DNA of 64,000 nt. It comes from Takakia lepidozioides (Eukaryota; Plantae; Bryophyta). The position numbers and the translations under genes are program-made. Shown one piece after another: positions 1-11,649 of the stretch. A model generated the notes under the pieces. The model was not told the origin of the DNA. It searched no databases and saw nothing but the letters and a program-made list of their open reading frames with translations. How positions within the stretch are numbered: position 1 is the first letter of the stretch; each line of letters opens with the position of its first letter. Where the stretch lies: positions 18,910,001 through 18,974,000 of the forward strand of contig CM060733.1 in assembly GCA_030704615.1 (NCBI GenBank). Direction: 5' to 3'.

Positions 1-160
1 ACTCTGCAGCATGCATTCCTGCATGCAAGAAGACCTGAGTTGGGGTGGCTAGTGTGAGAATTACATGTTGACCAGCTGGGCAGCACAAGCATGGCAGGTG
101 CAGTTGTAGTTTGTGAACTGGTAGATTGCTATTTGCTATGATGGTCCTTGAGAAGGCTGA

Positions 161-685
<525 letters not shown>

Positions 686-1033
686 TGGTCTAACATAGTT
701 TCTAGTGTTTAGATCGTCGTCTTCTCATTTTATAGCTGGCAACCTCTATCTCAAGCTGCCTGCACGCCATTCTTGTTCCACTGTTTTGGTAAACCATTCC
801 ACCTTTACGAGTTGTAACAAAATTGCGAGGTTGACAACTTTGCTGGTGATCAGTTGCCAACAATTTAGAGAGGGTTAAAGGCTCTACATTGATCGTAGCA
901 TGGCCATTCATCTGGCAAAGCCATTATGTAAATTTCTCAAATTGTCAAGATGTGGCCTTTTTACGGCAATAACATGCGAAATCGGTTGGGCTATGAAGCA
1001 AATGCTCGCCATCACTTCTGGGACTTGGGCGCT

Positions 1034-2447
1034 TTAAGTCCTATCTTTTTGAGCCAGTTCAAGAGGATTGCTAAAAGTACTTGGAGGCCAGTGATGGGCA
1101 TACCTAAGGTTGTGGTGACTGAATTGAATACTCAGGCCCCAGAACAGCATGCTCAACTTACCCAGCAGGAAGAGAGGCCAAGGAATGCAATGGTAGTTCT
1201 TGACCTTGTAGAGATCAATTTTATGCATCTGTTGTCAGACATTTTGTAGGGTGTTGGCATTTCTACTGCCTCATCGATGTTGCCACCCGCATTTCGGCGA
1301 TCTCTCAAACTTAAGTTTGCACTCACTTTGGTGCTCTCACTTCTGTGCTGGAGGAAGTAACAGACTAGAGAGACTCTCTCTTAGCCCCCTCCTTCGGAAA
1401 TCAGTGTCTTAACTGATCCAGTTTCAAAACTAGTGCTGCATATCAACAACCTGGTTTTCCCCCGAGTCCAATTCTTCCCCTCAACTCTATATCTATGACG
1501 AAACGCCCAGCGCCTTGAAGCGTTTTGCAATTCGTGTTCTTTTCATAAGAAACGAAGGAATTCGCATCTGAATCTCGCAAGCCACGCATCCGTGTATTTC
1601 AGGCTGCAAAATCTGCATGTCTTACCTCACAAAATAGCATGTGCAGCATTCTTGTAAACTTCAACATCTCCATAACCCTGAGAGAATGAACAGACCATGA
1701 AGCAGCGTTCACACAAGCGCGAAAGACTAATAAAACACACTCTACATCTCAGTGCCAGGCCACACGCTCCTACCACCGTTCAGCTCATGCCTTCCGCTTG
1801 AAAGCTCTAGTAAACCTCCTCCTCAACCCTTGCCCACTCTACAGCGCGGAGGTGCAGTTCCATAGAGATAACTAGCGCTATCTACTCGAAACTCCAGTCA
1901 AGGAACTGTTTTTTATCAACGGTGGTGGATATCATGTTGGGAGTTGCTGGAGTGAAGATGCCCCCAAATCAAATTCACTTCCACTGAACTGCAGGCTTAC
2001 TCCACTGATCTCGTGTAGAAGAAGTTTAACTTCCAAACTAGCAGATCGCTGGTTGACAGACATGGTTCCAATTTGAGTCCGCTTAGTAAAAAGTTATGTG
2101 GAATTCGTCATGAGTGAGCTCTCAGTTTCCCCCTCTTGGCGGCCATATGAAACCCTGATGGTATGTCAACGTGCTTTGCCTGGACAGTGTGAGGCTTCCA
2201 ATGCACTAGATTCATTAGTCGTTTTCATACTGTAACATGACCGTCAGAGAGGAAGAAAGGCTATAAACTATAACAGATGCCTTCTCCTTCCTGTGCCCCC
2301 CTTGCACACTACCACAACTGCTGCCCTCTCATCATACTGTGTAAATAAACTCGAAACGTTAGTGCCATCGCAAATATCCTTGTTCGAATACATGGTTGCT
2401 TCTTTATCAAATAAAATGGTGGACGAGGGTCTTACACTCAGTGGATC
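1034..2447 (-). pseudogene. Cryptic 7-exon gene relic (3' part of an unidentified protein) with two in-frame stops
   Basis: Exons 2447-2436, 2336-2281, 2154-2001, 1838-1791, 1677-1626, 1204-1162, 1103-1034 join with consistent phase (four GT-AG, two GC-AG introns): DPLSYDERAAVVVVCKGGTGRRRVSYGRQEGETESSLMTNST*LFTKRTQIGTMSVNQRSASLEVKLLLHEISGSGQGLRRRFTRAFKRKGYGDVEVYKNAAHAIL*GQELPLHSLASLPAGYAHHWPPSTFSNPLELAQKDRT*. Confidence 0.6.
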
Positions 2448-2614
2448 CTACTCCACAGACTATCAAACATTTGAATAAGGTCACAGTTCACTCGAGCACA
2501 TATATACACTTTCGTGTGACCATCTCAATCTTAGTTATAAACAGAATGTGCATGCGGCGAAGCCACAAACATCTACCAACAGCTGTACCTAACTTGGGAT
2601 GTACATGTACGGCC

Positions 2615-3190
2615 CTACTTCTCTGGATTTGCGAGTTTACTGGCAATGGCAGAATGGTACATCCCGTCATGCCATGTCTCAGAGGCTCTCATTTTCTTCC
2701 TCAGCAGCCGAGCTTTATCAGCCGTAAACTTAACAGGCGTCCTGCTAAATGTCGAAATATTCTTCAAGGGCACCTCCTGCTGCACTCCAACAGCAAGTTC
2801 AGGCAATGAGTTCACCTCAGAGCCGATCACTGGGCGTTGCCTCTGCTTCAGAGCTGATCCCACGACATTGTGGTGTACTTCATTCAGGTTCTCGTTACTG
2901 GGAAGAACGTCCAACCAATCTTCAGCTGGCAGGTTGAAAAGGGGACCCCACCAACGAGATCTGTACTTCACGCTACTACTCTGGATCATAGTCACCACCC
3001 CCTCCTGACTGAGCAATGTGCTCTTCCCAGTCTCCACCTTCTGACTTGTGCTCGAGGATATGAGAGGGCTTTGTTGGCAAACAATTGTGATCCTCGCCAC
3101 CTTCCGATGCGGAAAGCAGCTCTCAGATGTTGACCCATGTGTCCCGACAGAGATACGACTCGCAAACAGCTTGCTGGTGAGAGCGGCCAT
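2615..3190 (-). CDS. Small plant protein of unknown function, At3g15630/At1g52720-like, possibly plastid-targeted
   Basis: 191 aa with S/R-rich N-terminus, WWGPLF motif and C-terminal FTADKARLLRKKMRASETWHDGMYHSAIASKLA, matching the recalled family motif FTEEKAKQLRRK...FHDVMYHSAIASRLA. Likely 5'UTR intron at ~3255-3381. Confidence 0.8.
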   Translation of the reverse strand: MAALTSKLFASRISVGTHGSTSESCFPHRKVARITIVCQQSPLISSSTSQKVETGKSTLLSQEGVVTMIQSSSVKYRSRWWGPLFNLPAEDWLDVLPSNENLNEVHHNVVGSALKQRQRPVIGSEVNSLPELAVGVQQEVPLKNISTFSRTPVKFTADKARLLRKKMRASETWHDGMYHSAIASKLANPEK

Positions 3191-3469
3191 TGCCCACGAC
3201 CAAGAAGCTCCAATATCGCAGCCTCCCTAATAGAACTTCCAAGTTATTCTTCACCTGCGATCGATCAAAGATTCCAAACATCCGCAGCGAAAGTAGAAGT
3301 CCTTCACTAGTGAGCTGCAAGAGAAAAAGCTCGAGCTTTGAGCTCAGAGATCATCCGATCACAACAAGTACGAATGCTCACAGACAGCCGACACACACAA
3401 ACACGAGAGCAGCAACGGAAACAAAGAGAGTGGAGCAGACGGCGAGCATGCATGCTGCTTTATGCAATT

Positions 3470-3850
3470 TCCTCGTGCACGTGGCAGCCCGCTGGCCGGC
3501 CCATCTCCGGTCCATGCGGCGACGGGCCGGTCAGCGTGACACTGGTGACCGGCTATATCCAGTTTCCAGTCCACACCAAGCGCCGGTGTGCAAGCACGGT
3601 GCTCCGCTCTACGTCGGGCTTGGCTGAATCCCATATGCCGGGGCGTTCGGCCCCGTTTGGATGAACAACGGCGGCACGGGTGAAAAGCCCGGACCCACGC
3701 CGGGCCGGGCGGGCGGGCCAGCGGGGCCTGTGGACCGTTGCTTTCCGTTCACGTGCTGCAGCCCTGTGACCGCGTACACCGGTGCCGCGGCTCCCAACGC
3801 GTGTGCAGCCGCCTTCAGCCACCGGCGATTGGCGGTTGCGAGCCGCAGGA
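3470..3850 (-). promoter_or_regulatory. GC-rich promoter region with G-boxes
   Basis: CpG-rich island upstream of the 2615-3190 gene; CACGTG at 3478-3483 and 3750-3755. Confidence 0.4.
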
Positions 3851-4169
3851 TCTTCTCCTTTATACTCTTTGTGTGTATTTTTCATTCTTCTTCTTTTTTC
3901 TTTTTTCTTTTTCTTAAGGAAAGGGGACAGAGGCCCTTTTAATCAAATTAAAAATTAATAACGGTTCACATAAGGTGGAAAAAATAACCACCAGAGGCTA
4001 AGTGAGGGGAAGCTTTTCCGCAGCCCCTTTTTTTTTTCTTTTGAGTGTTATTCCCCTTTTTTTTGTTTTTGAAAGGGAAACACCTGGGAGCGACAGCTCA
4101 CAAATCAGGCCCCTTTGTAGTGAGAGGAGAAAATAACCTCTTTCACAGTAACCTCGCCCTGAAGGCTTT

Positions 4170-4263
4170 TCGCAGGGAAGGGGGAGAAGAGGGTACCTAC
4201 ACCGGTCAAGTAGAAGGATTTGACCCCAGAATCATCTGGGTGGCACTCACCAACTGAGCTACT
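4170..4263 (-). mobile_element. tRNA-derived SINE head
   Basis: Minus strand has A-box TAGCTCAGTTGG and B-box-like GGTCAAATCC; close copy at 44083-44181. Confidence 0.6.
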
Positions 4264-5819
4264 TTTTTCTTTTCTTTTTAATTAATAAACTGAGCTACTG
4301 ACTGTTGGTTATTCTATTAATACTGTTGGATAATATACTTAGCGTGTTTTATCCGTATGTGGAGACAGGCTTTCTGTTTATGGGAAGGAGCCGGAAGTCA
4401 TACAAGGGAATACATCAAAGTCACTAACGACTTGCTTCAACACCGGTTTTCTTCTCCATGTTTCTCTCGCCCTTGCTTGAATTGGAAGTGTGGATGTGGA
4501 TGGCAGTATTTTTTGTCTGAAATCGAAGGATGTTTGGATATGTGACATGTGGGCGTTCTATTTCGGCCACAATTTAGAAGACTCTATGCGATAGCGATCA
4601 TACGTGTCGTGTTATCTACTAATCAAGTGGCCAAATGATGTGTAACTTAAACTTTGTTTGATTTTGGAGTTCTTCTTCTCAGAAACAACATGGTGGGCAG
4701 CACTGGGGTCCACTACCAACCCCAGCAAATTTTTCTTCTTCTAGAAGCATGAGTTGAGCTACAATCCATTGCAGTGGATCCCTAATTTCGTATTCTTCGC
4801 TCTCCAAGCACCTTCCTAGGAGCTTGGATATCGTGGAATTATAGGATATGCGGCACCATAAGAAAACTTGTGAATATCCTGGCGGTGCCCGGCCTACATT
4901 AAGCACAGCCAAATAATTAGGCATAAAAAATATGTCCCAATGTATAACTAATGGGAAATATATATAAGATAGTTTTGAACAATTGGAGTGCATATAAAAT
5001 AGTTTTACATCTTGCTGGTCCTGCGCACCAATTCAGATCTGGCACATAAAGTGACATGCCAGTAAAATGAAATACGGAAGGATGCAAAGCCATCCACCTT
5101 AACAATTACCACTGCTCCATCCGGTCAAGTCCCTCCTCCCCTTCCCCACCCGCTGCCCCTTCCACACTATCGCCATAGTGTTGACCAAGTCCATTGTTTT
5201 GCTCCTTTTGTCAGAGTGCTCCTTTCACCTCATAGTATAGCCATAGTGCTCAGCAAGGCCTCTCTTCTGCTCCATCTGCCGGAGTGCCGCTAGGCCTTGC
5301 CCCTCCTTGTCCCTCCTTGTCCTCCTAGGCTCTCTCTCACACCACTTTCCCCAAGTACCCATTGGTGGCAATTAAGGCACCATCCTGCACTCCAGAGCCT
5401 TCAAGAACCTTCGCGTTGCCACTTTAAAGGACGTGCAATAGCCATGTGGGCCCCATGCAAACAGCAAGGCTAATTCAGACTGCCCTAGATGTCTTGGCCT
5501 TTGCTTATTTTATTGGCCCAGCCCTCAAGCAGAGACTACGCAATTGGTTTCTCCCGCTTGTTACCGGACCAACTTTTTGAGGGACCAATGTTTTTTTTGG
5601 ATGGTTGTCATCCATTATCACATCCATTTTGGAACGTGGCATGAAGTTTTTTGTTTTTAGGGTACCTAGTTTAGTTCCAGACCAAATGAGGACTGATAAT
5701 TTTGAATAGTTTAGTTTAGCTTGCTTCCCTTTCCTCCCTCCCTTGTTCTTTCCCAGGTTTAGGGGTTTTTCTATCGTATGTTCAAATACCTCAAGTTTCA
5801 TGTAAATAAAGCTGTACAG

Positions 5820-6229
5820 GTTTACATCATTGATGAGGATTTGGAAGTGAATATGGCAGGCACACGGCTACTTGGTGAGGGTCCAGGGGTGCCTTGCGAC
5901 AATCAGGAACTGAGCTACGAGGGCCCGCTGCTCCAAAAGAGTGGGATCTACAAGTATTATGGGAGCCTAGCCGGTGTGTTTGGGCATTGGACCAAGGGAT
6001 AGCCACAGCGAGGTTATGGAACTCATCTCTCACTCCAAATTTATGTGTACGAGGTGGATGAGATTGATGGTCTGAAAGAGCTTCTTGGAGGCTGTGACCA
6101 CACCATCAACCCAAGCGCTAAGCAAAGTGTAGCTTTCAACCCGGATGTCGCCTTCAAGGATTTGTGAATGGTTCCTGGACCAGCACTAAGAACTTTGTGG
6201 CTCTGCCCATATACAAGTTAGGCCAGTGA
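5820..6229 (+). pseudogene. Degenerate terminal exon of an unidentified protein
   Basis: After a CAG acceptor: VYIIDEDLEVNMAG...GHWTKG*PQRGYGTHLSLQIYVYEVDEIDGLKELLGGCDHTINPSAKQSVAFNPDVAFK, frameshift, FVNGSWTSTKNFVALPIYKLGQ*. Coding-like composition with one stop and one frameshift. Confidence 0.4.
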
Positions 6230-6559
6230 TAAACTAGATCCCTTTCAGCTTAAGTCACAACATGTGATACACCTGGTGTTGTAAATCCACCTACCGGGAA
6301 ACACATTTGGCCTCCCTCCCTCTAACCAGGTTTATTTTCCTCTCTTAGTTTTGTACATCTCTTTTTGACTTTGTTCCTTTCTGGACTCTTTCGCTAGCTG
6401 CCTGCATGTCGTCTATGTATTTCTCTTATTCTTCTTAGGTTTCATGAATTTCCACAATATATCCTATAGAGAGAAAAGAGCAAGTGAACTCCGTTTGTTA
6501 TAATTTTGTTTCAGCATACTTTGGTTAAAACTTTTTCTTGGTTGGGACGGTGGGATGCC

Positions 6560-6717
6560 ATGGGAGAGCAGGCTAAAATCTACAATTTATTTCTGGACTC
6601 AAGTTTCGCACCTTGGATAAGGAAAATGTGCACTTCTTTTTTGTGCCCTCATACGTGAAATGTGTTCGGATGAAGGGTGGCCTCACCGACTCTGAGATCA
6701 GTGACACATATTTGAAG
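6560..6717 (+). pseudogene. Isolated exostosin (GT47, At1g21480-like) exon
   Basis: KFRTLDKENVHFFFVPSYVKCVRMKGGLTDSEISDTYLK followed by GTGAGC donor; frameshifted upstream part; no neighbouring exons seen. Confidence 0.75.
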
Positions 6718-6922
6718 GTGAGCTTGGAAATGTTGTTTGCCTGGTTGCACACCATTGGACTAGATACAATCCGAGAGAAAATGTACTCATAAGGCGTTGT
6801 TTGCCATCAAGAATGTACTCATGAGATGTTGTTTACTGTAGCCTTGTGGCCATAGAGGCTCCCAGTTTGGGTGGAACAACGGGGAACAAACATTCACTTT
6901 GTGAGGGGTTTAAGTATCTTAG

Positions 6923-7043
6923 GGAAAATATGTTTGTTGGCATGTGAAGAATAAGAAGCGCTGCTATGTGAAGTTCACTGAGTGGTTGATCTCGCGAATG
7001 TGGTGCCCACCTTGTCCCGCTAGTGAGGCGTATGAGCAAGCAT
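6923..7043 (+). pseudogene. Isolated degenerate exon, unidentified
   Basis: Flanked by TAG and GTACGT; ENMFVGHVKNKKRCYVKFT...PPCPASEAYEQA. Confidence 0.3.
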
Positions 7044-8841
7044 GTACGTATGTCTCTTTGTTTGTTTTTTTTCTGTGCTTCTTTATTGGGTTTTGGGTCA
7101 CACATATGAAAGACTCGAACATAAATTATAGCATACATGTTTATCTTACAAGGGAGTTTAATCAATTATTCTACACCAGTTCCTTGCTAATAATGTAGTC
7201 CTTAAACTGAAAGTTTCATTTTAGTGTTGATCCAAAGTGCTTCTTGACTAACTTGATTGATCTAAGTTCAAGTTCTTGCCATAAGCCATAAGCAATTTAT
7301 CATCAGCTATAAGCAATCGGCTATCAGCAAGGGTCACTTGGTATTTGCCGAAGTGACAAAGCAAAAGCTTCATCAGCTCATCAATGATTACATATTAAAC
7401 TTTAATTATCAATTTTTGAGCTGCGATTTGTCTAATAGAACATTATTAATATTGTAATAATATAATTATACATAAACCATGGTTTCAATAATGAATCATA
7501 AACATTGTGTTAGTTTCTCAGAATTATTTTATATGTAGCGTAATAAATTTACTCTTTTAGTTTTTCAATATAATTGTTTTTTGAAAAATAAAATGTGTTC
7601 ATTAATATTTTGGCAACGTCAACATTTAATGGATCTGAAGTCAAAGAGATTTTATGCCCAAGTTTTTATTTGAGCTAATTTTGCTCAAAATTGGCTTAAG
7701 TTAGTTTTAAGTAGCAATGATTCAAGTCAAAGTACCAAAATAGCAATTGAAGATAATTAAGTTGAGCATCCAATTATGCTATAGTTATCTCAGCTAATTT
7801 TGCTCAATTAGCTTCAATTAGCAGTGACTCAAGTAAGAATATTTGTATAGCAAGTGGACATAACTCAACAATTTCTTTTTACTTTTTTCATAATATTTTA
7901 GATGTATTATATTTTATATACAATAAAGCACCAAGATTTCGCCCAACAATTTTATAGGATATTTTAATATCAACCTTTATAAACCTAACAATGAATCTAA
8001 TCATTCATGACAAATCACTATTTCCATCTTCCATTTCTGGCATCTTACAATGTTCAAAGAATCTGCGATAACTATAATTTTCAATTAGATATATCAAGTG
8101 AGGTAGTTTGTTTGTTTTGTTTTGTAGCGTCGTTGAGATCTCCCAAACCGTAAGGCCCCGTCCGTGGTCTTGATACTGCTTGAAAACCCTCACCGAGGCG
8201 GTTTCATAATTTTTGGATTTGGGCCCAATGGGAGATATTGAATTTCAAGTATTTTTTGTCACTGAAAAATTCATGAAAAGTAGCAGATTGGGTTTGTCTC
8301 TAATATATAAATGGCAGTAGATTATGTCCTCAAAAGTAGAGGCCACATTACTATGGATTATTGCAACCACACAACAATGTTTGTCTAGATTAGAAGAAGC
8401 ATATTGGATCGACCACAATTTCCCTAACATTTAATCTCCTGAATTATTTGGTCAATCATTTCACAACCAATTCATAACTATGCGAGGGCATGGCTCGCAT
8501 GTAACCATGCATTTGTTTTTTGAACGATTGGGGTACATATTCGGTTTAGATGCCCCGCTCACAATTAGACTCAATTTTTCTCCCAATCCAAGTGTTATGC
8601 CTTGGTAGTAACAAAAAGTAAACACTGTAGCATAGGGATGTAACTCTATAATAAAGGTTTCTGGTTTAGGATTAGAGGTTTAGAGGTGTAGGGTTTTAAA
8701 AATAACATTTACGTATGTAAGTTCATAGGGCCCACCCTCGAAAGGGGCAGCAGCCGCAAGGCAAAGTGGCTCGGCAATACCACACTCTTGAAAGCGGCAC
8801 TCAATTTCAGACCCTCCTATTGGTTTAAGGGAGCGTAGTGT

Positions 8842-9190
8842 GCCGCTCTGCCTACCACACTAGCGGCTGCTGCCAGCGGAGAGGCGCTCTGCCTACATGC
8901 CATATTACGATGAAATACGGATTTCCAGGCAGTGTCCCTTGGAAATCCACAATTTTACGAAGCCATTTTGTCATGACGCGATTCTCCCGCCACTGCGAAG
9001 CTGGTCTCTCCAACCCCGTAGTGCGATGGTCTCTCCTACCGATTTTTTTGCCGTTGGGCTTATGCTATAGTGTGGTAGCTTATTCATTGCCGCTTGGTGA
9101 CATGGACCTATATCATCCACAACAATCCCTAGCCTCCAACGTACACGTTAGTGCCGTTGATGTGCCGCTAGTGTGGTACGGCTACGCGGC
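8842..9190. mobile_element. MITE-like inverted-repeat element
   Basis: Perfect 15-bp inverted repeat TACCACACTAGCGGC (8853-8867 / 9164-9178) with imperfect outward extension; TSD not resolved. Confidence 0.45.
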
Positions 9191-9470
9191 TTTGCCTGGA
9201 GTCACATCTTCTAATATTTATGCATGTATGATTTCACCAAGGTCCACACATTCTTTTAAAAGCACAAAGAGTTTAAGACAATAATGAAGTGATTACTAAA
9301 TGTAGGACGTTCGTAGAATGTGAGCACAAAAAACGGCAATAGGGTACCAATGTTTCCAAGGAGATAGAATATGAGGGATGGACATAAGGTTCTTAAGTTA
9401 TATGCAAATAGGGGAAAAAAAAAAACAAAAAAACAAATTAAAACTCTATTACTATATATTTACAAGTTTT

Positions 9471-10477
9471 TTTTTTTTTTTAAGGAAGGGGGCAGAGGCC
9501 CTTTCAAATTAAATAAAAGAGTTTTCACAAAAGGTGGAAAAAATACCCACCGGGGAGGTCGTAAAGGCTCACTGAGGGGGAACTTCCCCAAGACCATAGC
9601 AAACTAATTATACTAAGCAGAGGGAAGCAGACTGTGATGTGGCAAGAAGACTAAGTGAGATGGAGAGGGAACAGATACCTTAAAAGGGAGAAGAAACAGG
9701 TGCCTAGAAACCCTGCATATAAGCATACACTAAGGCCTGAGCTCCTGTATAGAGAGCCAACTATTGCCTGTTCGTAATAAACCTAATAGCCAGCCAACCA
9801 TGTCTATTCGAGAAAACATTACAGAGGGCCAACCAAACAATGTCTGTACTCAGAGCTTGCCTTGAAGCAAGTAGGAAATAGAACCGAATGCCAGAAGATG
9901 TGAACTAGAACCGTAGCTGGTTCTGAATTTAGTAACTCTAGTTTTCTTATGCCTCCAATTGAAGTCATCATCTTCACCATCACCAGGGGACATCCCAAGC
10001 AATGGGAGTGGTGACTTGCCAATTGAACTGTATACTGGGAAGACTGGTGCCGAGAAAGTTGTTTTTGCCCTAGGACTACTCAAAATCATTGGGGAGCTTC
10101 CTCCCGCGTTATTCTGAAGATTTGGAAATAGCTGCAACCAACATGGCCCATGCTTTTCTTCCCTCACCTGATATATGCAAAACAGGATGGACTTGCCCTT
10201 GGGGGGTTTCCCCTCGTAAAGAAAAGCACATCTAGCCTTCCAAAGGTTCCACAATGTATGAGCCCTACGATGGGTCCAGACTGGGCAAACATGAAGCATC
10301 TGACTAGGTAGCAATTTCAACAACAGCAGAGGGGGGGGATCCCAATTGCAGTAAAATTTCAGCATGCTCTCCAGACCCTGGTGGACAGCGGGCAATCTGC
10401 CAGGCAATGCTCAATTGACTTTGGTAGTTGGGCCAAACATAGGCTGCTGGAAGGATTATTGAGTTCCAAATTCCATC
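9471..10477 (-). mobile_element. 5'-truncated L1-like LINE
   Basis: Poly(T) on + at ~9467-9481; ORF2 C-terminal motif LWNLWKARCAFLYEG; imperfect TSD TATTTACAAGTTTT (9457-9470) / TATTTATAAATTTT (10478-10491). Same 3' tail at ~3915-4000 and ~44225-44290. Confidence 0.75.
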
Positions 10478-11649
10478 TATTTATAAATTTTGTATCTTGC
10501 AAATGAATAACACGATACAGAAAACAAACTCACAAATACCAACACCATCCAAAACACCCGTAATCAGATAATTAATGGAATAAATGGTACACCAAAGGTT
10601 TTGCCAACGAAATAAATCAAAACAAATCAAGATTTTTGAAGATTATATGAAAGAAAATTGGATGACATTATTGTTGACAAGATCTCAGGTTGATTTATTT
10701 TGCTAGCAAAACTTTACGCGATCGTGCAATTGGTCATTATCCAATAGTTTCGTGGGCAAAACAAAATGAACTGTGACTACTTTTGCACTTTAGGGACTGC
10801 TACGAGTGACAACATCACATGATAGAAAACACAACAATTAATCATTGGGCACGATTTAAGGAATTAGCCTGACAAAAAATTCCCCAAGCCCCAGTTGCGT
10901 GGCTTGTGCTGACGTGAACGGACAGTTTGAAAAGTTTTAGGTTGAGAACATTTTCATTTCGCATAAGTATCTTTCAGAAATATTCTTGGAATTTTTGGTA
11001 TATCCTCTTGTGCGTCACATGCCAACCAACCTCTAAATGTAGCATTCATTTTACTAATATGACACACGATAAGTCTTGCTAATAAAAATAATGATTGATA
11101 GTTATTTTATTTTATTTTATTTTTAGTTGTTTGTCTTCTACAAGAGCTTGCAATTCAGATAGAACTGTTTTGAGTGCTTGAAAAGTCTTGCTATCCAAAG
11201 CCATTGAATGGTTGTCACTATGGTGAATGAAATAATAGATGGATGGATGGAATAACACATATCCAGGATCATTAAGTGAATGAGGGAGTAGAAATCATGT
11301 AGCATGTAACATATAACGGTTTTTTTTGTAAAATTTGTAAAAAGATTGAATAGCGGATAGAGCAAAATAACAAGTATAAGGTAACATTTGTCCAAATCTG
11401 ATTGTAGTTAATGCACCTCCATAACTAAAATAGAGTAGTTTGACATATTACATAGCCTGTTGGATAGCGTGAGCATACCACAATATTCACCGGGCATAAT
11501 CACCATTGTTGAAAATCACCAATTGAATCACAACATGGTAATATCATCCTATGTGGATCAGGGGTGATTGAATGGGGTGACTTTTATCACCAAAGAATTA
11601 TTTCTATATTTTACATATTAAATTATTAAAAATAAATATGCAATGTTTA

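Noticed and set aside
1627-1629. Selenocysteine TGA or U-to-C editing in the cryptic gene
   Set aside because: Land plants lack Sec machinery, reverse editing is known from organelles, and a second TAA stop is present.
3338-3942. Several overlapping ORFs in GC-rich DNA
   Set aside because: Promoter and 5'UTR with low stop frequency; no recognisable protein.
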